This document shows positions 56,331 through 64,000 of a DNA stretch of 64,000 nt, piece by piece (within the stretch, counting starts at the first letter, position 1; each line of letters begins with the position of its first letter). The DNA comes from the human T2T-CHM13v2.0 reference genome, Homo sapiens, in assembly GCF_009914755.1 (NCBI RefSeq), contig NC_060928.1. One strand, 5' to 3'. Below the pieces are notes generated by a model, which was not told the origin of the DNA, made no database searches, and worked only from the letters and a program-made list of their open reading frames with translations. Made by a program: the position numbers and the translations under genes.

Positions 56331-57749
56331 GCAATCTTAGGGTCCCACCTATTTAACATTAGTGTCTTTCCATTTCTACTAATTAGATGCCCATTTTTCC
56401 ACATTTGGAAGTCACTGCTGCCTTTTGAATGGCCTCTTCACTTTGTGTTCCCGCATGAGGAGTAATTGCAATGTTCGGCCATTATGCAGGTCAGGAATAA
56501 TTCAGATATCCTGAGCAAGCTGCTCCCTTACTGCTCATCTGAAGTGACAAATCCTGCCCCAGCTCTGAGATGACGTCACTGCAGTGTCTCCAAGAGAGGA
56601 GCATTCTAGAATTTCATCACTGTGGATTCACATGTTCAAATATACACACATATATGTTAGAGTTGGAGATATTGTCATATCAAATATAAAAAGGCACTGT
56701 ATCCTATGGCTCCTTGCCATCTGGGACACAGGCAATCTGATAAGGAACTGTTACAGTAGAAATAAATCCTCATCTTTCCAATGAGGAAGTGGTCAATTTC
56801 TTTATTTCTACCACGTCATTAGTTCTTTAGACACATGCACCATTGAATAATTTGATTCTTCTAGGACATTTCATAGCATTAGGAGTTAATACATCTTTAA
56901 AATAGCTTTCATTATTCTGTACTACTGGTGGGCTCTAGTGTGCAGAATTATTCAATAAAGCATAGCTTTGCATGGTAGGCACCTGGAATTTTTTCCCTTG
57001 GCTTTAAAAAGGCAGTGTTTCCTGAAAGTGTAGTATTAATTTGCAATGAGAAATATGGAATGAGGAAATAGGAAGGGACCCTGGTGAACTCTGCTCAGTG
57101 ATACAGATTGCCTCATAAAACCTTAATCAGAGCTTCATCAGCTTATTAACTTCACCTAGGTCAACTGGTAATGATAAAGTAAGACTTCCCTTTAACGAGT
57201 AAAGAGAACTTTTTTTAAAGGTAATAAAACTTTATATGTTTATATTTGTCTTTCCTAAGTGAGTTCAAAGTACTTTATAAACCTCACCCTCCTTTAAAAA
57301 AAAAGAAAAATGACCTTTTCCGAAATACTGAGACAGACTAAGGTTGGGCTTTGATTAAGAAAGGGAGTCTACACCTTTGACATCACTTTCAAGTTTCCTG
57401 ACTCCTAGTTCAATGGTCAAGACAGAATTTTATATTGCCATTATGACTGCAATTTACCCTGGGAATATGGCCAAGTATTTTCTGAAAAGAGCTTCTACAT
57501 GAGACATTTTCCTACCACATACACACTGTAATTTACAAATGCCAGCGAGGCTAGCAGGGACGAAATTAACCGAGCATCTGGGTCCTTGTAAAAACCATGA
57601 GCAAGTCAGTAAACCTCACCAATTCAAACTCATTGAAATAAGGGTTAGTCTGAGTTAATAAAAAGGCTGAATTAAAAGATCTTATAATTGTGTTATTACT
57701 TTATAGTGTATCTAGAGAAAAGAGCAAAGAAAAAAGCTAACAGTCACTA

Positions 57750-57920
57750 GACATATTATATTCCAAGTACTATGTTGGCAGCTCTTCCTACAATACTTAG
57801 TAACATACAACCTCCAGGTGATAAAGATGGCATTAACTTGATTTTACAGTTTAAGAAACAAAGAACCAGATAAGCTAAGCAATTCCTCAAGGTCACGCAA
57901 CTAACAAGAGACGGTGGCTA
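57750..57920 (-). mobile_element. MIR SINE
   Basis: ATTTTACAGTTAAGAAACA...CAAGGTCACGCAACTA. Confidence 0.6.
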
Positions 57921-58479
57921 AGAAAATCTGCTTTCCACCACTACTTACCACAGCCTCCCTAGTTAAGGTAACACAACAACTAAATTTAACTAAAGCTGCC
58001 AAGACAAAATCCTGTCTTTGTCTGCATTAATTTACCAACAGTAACACATTCATAACTGGTTTTTACACACAAATGCTTAATGTAAAACTGCTTGAAATAT
58101 GCTTTTCTTTGGGAATGTGAAATGTACCCTTCATACGTTAGGGGGAATGGGAAGGCTTGGCATAGGAGAAGGCTTATTGATATATTTGGTGAATTTTTTT
58201 GTTTCAGTCCAAGCTGTGTCATAATTAGTAAAATCAAAATTTATTGGCACAATATTTTCAATTATAATTGCTAAACCTTCAAGAAATGGGCAAAGATACA
58301 ATGGAGAAGTATTTCCAATATTAATAAAAATAATATTTCAAATGTTAAAAATGCACTTTTAATCGGTTTTCTAACCATGTTTATTGATCAATACACAGAT
58401 TACATTGGTCAGCTCTCACAATACGATCGGTACTTGGCTTGTAGCAAGCATGGCCAGAATAAGCTGAAATCCTTCATTC

Positions 58480-58920
58480 TTTTACTCACTTATTCATTTA
58501 TTTAATTAAACATTCATCTAGTCAAAAATGTCTTTATTAAGTGCCTCATAGGCACTTGTAAGCAATAGTAAACGCTCGGAACATAAAAGCAAATGCAATG
58601 AATACTGGAGTACTCTATGAAGAGGATGGGATGGGGAGGGGGGCGTGGTGGTTAATGGAAAGAAGAAACAATCTCAGTGCCATGTGGGAAGCAGAGTAGG
58701 GGTGGGGTGGGGGAACATCAGGGAACTATGGGAAGCATGTCCAGAACACCTATGAGACTTTGTTCCATAGAACACCTATGAGACTATGGGGCAGGTGTCC
58801 AGAACTCCAGGAAGAAGTGACACCTGAGCTGTGACCAGCACACGGAGTATGCCTGTAGAAATCTAAGCACAAGGTAATAAAAAATGCACTCAAGAACTGC
58901 ACTGTGGCTGTTTCAGTGAA
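58480..58920 (-). mobile_element. L2 fragment
   Basis: CATTC...TTTATTAAGTGCCT tail and CCAGGAAGAAGTGACACCTGAGCTG. Confidence 0.55.
58743..58785. repeat. Two-copy direct repeat, 26-bp period
   Basis: AGAACACCTATGAGACT at 58743 and 58769. Confidence 0.85.
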
Positions 58921-60109
58921 GTGTTCGTTTTCTTCTTCCTTTTCAGAGAGTAGAATTCAGAGTACCTTTTCTTACCATTTGCCTTCTTGATTCTTGACCT
59001 TGAATAATTACTTCTTTCTTTGTTCTAAATAAATCCTGAATGAACACAATAACAGGTGTAATCCAATTGGTTTAGTTGTTTAATTATGAAGATTACACCA
59101 AACCAACTGGCTTTTTAATTCTGTTGGGGAAAAAGTAAGTAGTAACTAAAATGCTTAATGTTTGACTTATGCAGAGGGTACAAATCTTTTATATTGTCCC
59201 ATATATAGGCTAAAATCCAACACTTATCGTTCCCTTTGTATTTTTCACACTCATCCAGTAATCCTGGCAGACTACGTTCAATGTTCATGACTTGCTCACC
59301 ACTGAATCCTCAGTAATATATTGTCAAATAATTTTTCTTCAGCATTGGAAGAACCAACCAACCAGGGAAAACTAAAAAGGAGGGAACGTGTTAATGGAGT
59401 TGAATGAGCCTATATAATAGAAATAAAGTTGTAATTACCCAAAGGTTCTTCAACTTTTTCTAAATTACTAAAAATTATTACAATGTTTAAAATTAAATTT
59501 ACTTGATATGGTTAAAATATGAAACATTGCCAATATTATTTAAAGCAAATAGATGATTGCAGAATATAAATCATGCATTCTCAAAAGTAATTTTGAAAAA
59601 TAAAGTCTCATTTTATAAATAGCAACAAACCAAAGCAAAAACATAACACTGTCTCTTCATAATGAGATGAGTGTTTTCCATTCCAGTAAAACTTAATACG
59701 TTTATTCCTCTAAAAATCCATGTTAGTGACATTAAGCATTTTTGTTGTCATTATTCATTTGAAGTGTAAAAATGAGTAAGGAAATTGTTAAAGAAAGAAA
59801 GAAATGACAATGTCCTAGATCTTAGAAGTAGGCAAATAATTGATATGTTGGATTAATGCAGATGGACATTAAATGGTCCAAAAGATAAATTAACTCTTAT
59901 GTCACTAATTTTTCTTTCCATAATCCTAGATTTTTATATCAAAAATGAACATGAGTTAGTTGCTATAGAATATATGATGAAATTATTCCTACTTCTATAG
60001 CTGACCTATAAAAATGTTGATGACATTTAAATGATAGTTCATGGTAGATTTTTATTTACAAGTACAACTATTTGGGCATATTACAAATTATCCATCAAAA
60101 TTCCTCCTT

Positions 60110-61202
60110 GAAATACCAAGCCCTCAGGTCTTGGTTTCTAATATCATTTTCCAATAAAAGGAACCAAAGCTCCTGGGAGAAATGACTGCTTCTAGGGCTG
60201 GAGTGGGGAACATACAAAATGAATCTGGAGCATCCTAGTGGTGCCAGAAACTAAGAAGTGCCAAAGACAGAATAGACGCCATGATGAGAAGAATACAAAG
60301 ACAGAACAGACGCCATGATGAGAAGACCTCAAGGGCCTATTACAGGAGCCAACTGAAAGGGTCCCCAGAGGCCAAAGCTGAAGCAATTGGAGCAACGAAT
60401 TAAAGTAGTAAAATAAAGAACTGTTGGATTATAATCCGAATAACAAAAATAACGGGCCACAAGTACTGATATAAGCACATAATTCAATAAATAAATAATA
60501 AATAGATGGGGGAGAAACGACAAACCCCTGGTGGTAGAAAATTCTAAATGATTTATATAGTTGCTCCACCATTACAGAGATCAAGCACATGCCCCACTCC
60601 TTAAGTGCGGCTGTGAATAGTGACTTTCTTCCAAAGAGTACAGAGCGGACAGGGAGAGAAAAAGAGCAACTCTGCGGTGGGGGACCTCAACAAACACAGC
60701 GTCCAGCAGGCCATGCAAGCTGACACCAACAACATGTCATGTTGGTAGCACATGCCCTTTCTATATCATGAAAAGATCACTTTAGCCCTGTGGTCTTCCT
60801 CCCAGACACACATTATCCCAGTCTAGTCATGAGGAAAACATTAGCTGAATCCCCATAGTGAGACATTCTACAACATACCTGACCAGCGCTCCTCAAACCT
60901 GCCAAGGTCATCAAAAACAAAGACTCAAACTGTCACAGGCAAGAGAAGCTCAGGGGACGTGATGCCTAAATGCAATGTGGTACCCATCATGGGATCCTGG
61001 GACAGATAAGGGCCATTAAGAAATACAGAGGAAATCTGAATAAAGTATGGCCTTAAATTAATAGAAATATTTCCCTATTGGCTCATTAATAGTAATGAAA
61101 TTACTATACTAACGAGGGGAAGCTGAATGTGGGAATATGGGAACTACATGTGCAATAACTCTGTAAATCTGAAAGTGTTATTTTAAATGTTTGTTTAGAA
61201 AA
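60110..61202 (+). mobile_element. L1MC (L1MC4-like) 3' UTR
   Basis: GGAACCAAAGCTCCTGGGAGAAATGACTG...GGAGCATCCTAGTGGTGCCAGAAA, CAAGGTCATCAAAAACAA and CTAAATGCAATGTGG...GGATCCTGG. Confidence 0.85.
60262..60326. repeat. Two-copy direct repeat, 34-bp period
   Basis: CAAAGACAGAAYAGACGCCATGATGAGAAGA at 60262 and 60296, 1 mismatch. Confidence 0.9.
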
Positions 61203-61264
61203 GTTCCTGTCTGAGAATGCTTATAAGTGAGAAATCCATTTAAAGTATATGCATTGAAAGTTCA

Positions 61265-61572
61265 GGCCGGGCACAGTGGCTCATGCCTGTAATCCCAACA
61301 TTTTGGGAGGCTGAGGCTGGAGGACTGCTTGAGCTCAGGGGCTGGAGACCAGCCTGGGCAATATAATGAGATTCTCTCTCTACAAAAAATAAAAATTAAA
61401 ATATAAAAAGCCAGGCATGGTGGCATGCACTTGTATTCCTGGGTATGTGGGAGGCTGAGGTGGGAGGACTGCTTGAGCCTAGGAAGGTTGAGGCTGAAGT
61501 GAGCCATGATCACTCCCACTGCCCTCCAGCCTAGGTGACAGAGCGAGATCCTGTCTCTTAAAAAAAATTAAA
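61265..61572 (+). mobile_element. AluJ
   Basis: J-type GGAGGACTGCTTGAGC in both arms. TSD AAAGTTCA. Confidence 0.94.
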
Positions 61573-62149
61573 AAGTTCAAAATCTAGAACAATTGAGCAG
61601 CTACTCAAAATTCACTAAACACTCAAGAAAGTCGTTCTTGAGTTTCTGTTTCCTACTGACTGATTTAGATGAGTCATGGAACTCTCTCCCTTTGTGTATG
61701 GTTTGGCAATTCCAACCCCTCTGTTAAGAACACTTAACAGTAATAATCCCACTGCATCCTATTGCAGAGAAGTTGCTACAGCACAAGAGAGAAAGAACAA
61801 ATTGTAAGATGCCAAGGATGGCCCTCCCACAACTGGCCTATTTGTGGTATCCTTAACTACGCTCTTTCCAGGAACCTCACTGATATCTCCAGGGATGTCT
61901 CATCAGAACACAGCTCCTCCAAAATACTCAGAACCTCAGCTTCCTCTGCCATTCAACATAGTTCCTTTAAGGATTTCTTTTGCTGAAGATAATTTTACTC
62001 TAAGAAAGAATTTAGACCTCCAGTTCTGGGTCACAGTCTACATCTGCTAATTATTCCCTATGTGCCTCAATTTCAGATGGACCATTTGCCTGCATACAGA
62101 AATTGGAAGTTGTGTCAAAAGGTGGGTGCTCATGGAAAGATGCCACCTT

Positions 62150-62830
62150 ATAAGAATTTATTCGACAAGCGTTAGCTGAGTATCAACGACATGGCAGGTA
62201 TTCTTCTTAGGGAAGAAGTCTTATGAACCCCTCCCTCCTAGAGCTTAAATTTTAGCATGGAAAGACAAATTATAATCATGTAAAGGAACAAGATATTTCA
62301 TGCTATGACGGATGCTATGGAGGAAATAAAGTAGAAAGTGTCTTCTGAATGGGCACTTAAAAGATGAGAATAACGTATTCAAAGAACAAGGTGAAGAGCA
62401 TTTTAGGTACAGGGAAAAACGTGACCCAGAAGTGGGGACTCCGTTGATCTGGAGAGCAGCGAGCCAGACAGATAATTGTCTGAGGCAAGTTTGCAGAAAC
62501 AGCATCTAAATCCTGTATGGGGCGTCTCCAGCCATGATAGAAAGTTTGGGTCTTATTCTAGGAGCAGTGGGAAGCCATTAAAGGTTTTGAGTAGCAGATT
62601 TGATTTCTGTTTATGAAGGAATAATGGCAACTCTGTGAAGAATGAATTGTAGGAGAAGTAAGGTTACCTGTTAATATTGCAGTTGCTCTGAAAAGAGATA
62701 TGGGTAGCTTAGATTAGGCAAATAGAAGTGGGGATGGAGAGAAGCACATGTATTTAAAACTAACGCGATTGTAGATGGATTGGATGAGGTATGTTATAGA
62801 ATGAAGGATAACTTCTAGGTTTTCATTTCA
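62150..62830 (-). mobile_element. L2 fragment
   Basis: GTTTGGGTCTTATTCTAGGAGCAGTGGGAAGCCATTAAAGGTTTTGAG and GGGATGGAGAGAAG. Confidence 0.75.
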
Positions 62831-63503
62831 TATGAAAAAATTTAGATTAACTGGCTCTGCCTAGATTAGATGACTTAGTCCAATAACAGCAGAAGAATTC
62901 ATTCATTTAAGAGCGCATTCAAGGACTCCAGCCTTTGATGTCCAACTAAAAGTATATTCTCTTTTCATAGTGAATTTCAAATATCTCCGCATGTTAGAGT
63001 TGGGGTGAGACTATCCTGAGTTTTGTATTGTCCGTGATCCAAAAAAACCAAAGTCCTTTCCCAATCATTGAAGCCCATCAAGGGTTCCCCCATCCCCTAC
63101 ATTACTTACCCATCGTATTATTTCCTCTTCAGACCATATATCTTGCTTGGTCCATCTCTTTCTCTGTCTATTCCAGCCAACTCTCAACTAACTAACTCAA
63201 ATCCATTTGAGCAAGGATGAATGCAAACTTCAGAAAATCTACTGTGAAATTTGAGCAAGGCAACTACAAAATTTAATATACATGGAAAGACAGAACCCCT
63301 AAAATTTTTCCCAGATTCTGTCTTATAAAATGTATTCCCACTCTCTCTTCTCTCTCTCCACATTTTGTCCAGAAATTCCTTCAAACGTGTGTACTCAAAG
63401 CCGGGCCTTCGTCCAGCTTGAGACTGGGGATCTTTGGTCACCAGAATTACAGAGCTTTCTAGGTAGGACTGGAGCTCTTAGAATACACAAAGGATAAAAT
63501 GTA

Positions 63504-63562
63504 AGGGGAGGGGAGGGGAAGAGGAGGAGGAGGAGTAGGAGGAGAAGATACAGAAGGAGGTG
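63504..63562. repeat. (GGA)n/GA-rich low-complexity tract
   Basis: Seen directly. It explains the poly-Leu ORF at 63395-63625. Confidence 0.8.
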
Positions 63563-64000
63563 GCAGATGAACAAAAATACCTTAAGATATGGATTTAAGA
63601 ATTGTCTGAGCAACTTTTTGTTCAAGGTACTATGAAAGGCATTGATTTCTCAGTCCAAAGCTCTGACTTAATTTCTGAAGGTATTTTTTCCGCGTGATGA
63701 CCAACTCTCTCAGCTTGTCTTGCACCGTGCTTTTCTGACTTTGACAATATTAATCCACAACCTGCCTTTTCCCAGCTAAATTCTACTGCCAGCCACCTGC
63801 TGGCCTACTGCCAGGTCTTATAAATCCAACACTTAGGTGAGTATCAATTATAAAACAGGCCCTGGCACCTCCATTCTTCAACCTGGCTCCCTGGAGAAAT
63901 TATTTTGTAAGGTAGTTTTTAGTGTTTCGTATTAGGCTGATGAAGCCCAAGGGCCACTGCTAGCCACATTTTGTTGATTATAACTACATACGTTCCTTCT

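Overview
This is AT-rich, CpG-depleted primate (very probably human) non-coding DNA that looks like the interior of a very large intron or a gene desert. I found no credible protein-coding exon of a functional gene, no RNA gene, no CpG island and nothing prokaryotic. Almost all listed ORFs are chance ORFs or translations of Alu, L1 or microsatellite sequence. The one real protein homology is a 5'-truncated processed retrocopy of EPCAM (about 42829-43603, + strand): part of exon 6 plus exons 7-9 fused, the 3'UTR, AATAAA and a poly(A) tail. It still carries an uninterrupted 116-codon ORF (stalk, transmembrane helix, cytoplasmic tail) opened by an ATG at its 5' edge. The rest is 13 Alu elements or Alu monomers, a TSD-flanked L1PA 3' end, old L1M, L2, L3/CR1 and MIR fragments, one MLT1A LTR and microsatellites. 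Two stretches with no recognisable repeats and dense transcription-factor motifs are candidate enhancers. The most unusual structural signal is a young 87-bp inverted duplication next to a young 65-bp tandem duplication inside an ancient L3 element. Repeat subfamily calls, old-repeat boundaries and the EPCAM comparison come from remembered consensus sequences, not from a search, and are approximate. I cannot support a claim of a new biological system.
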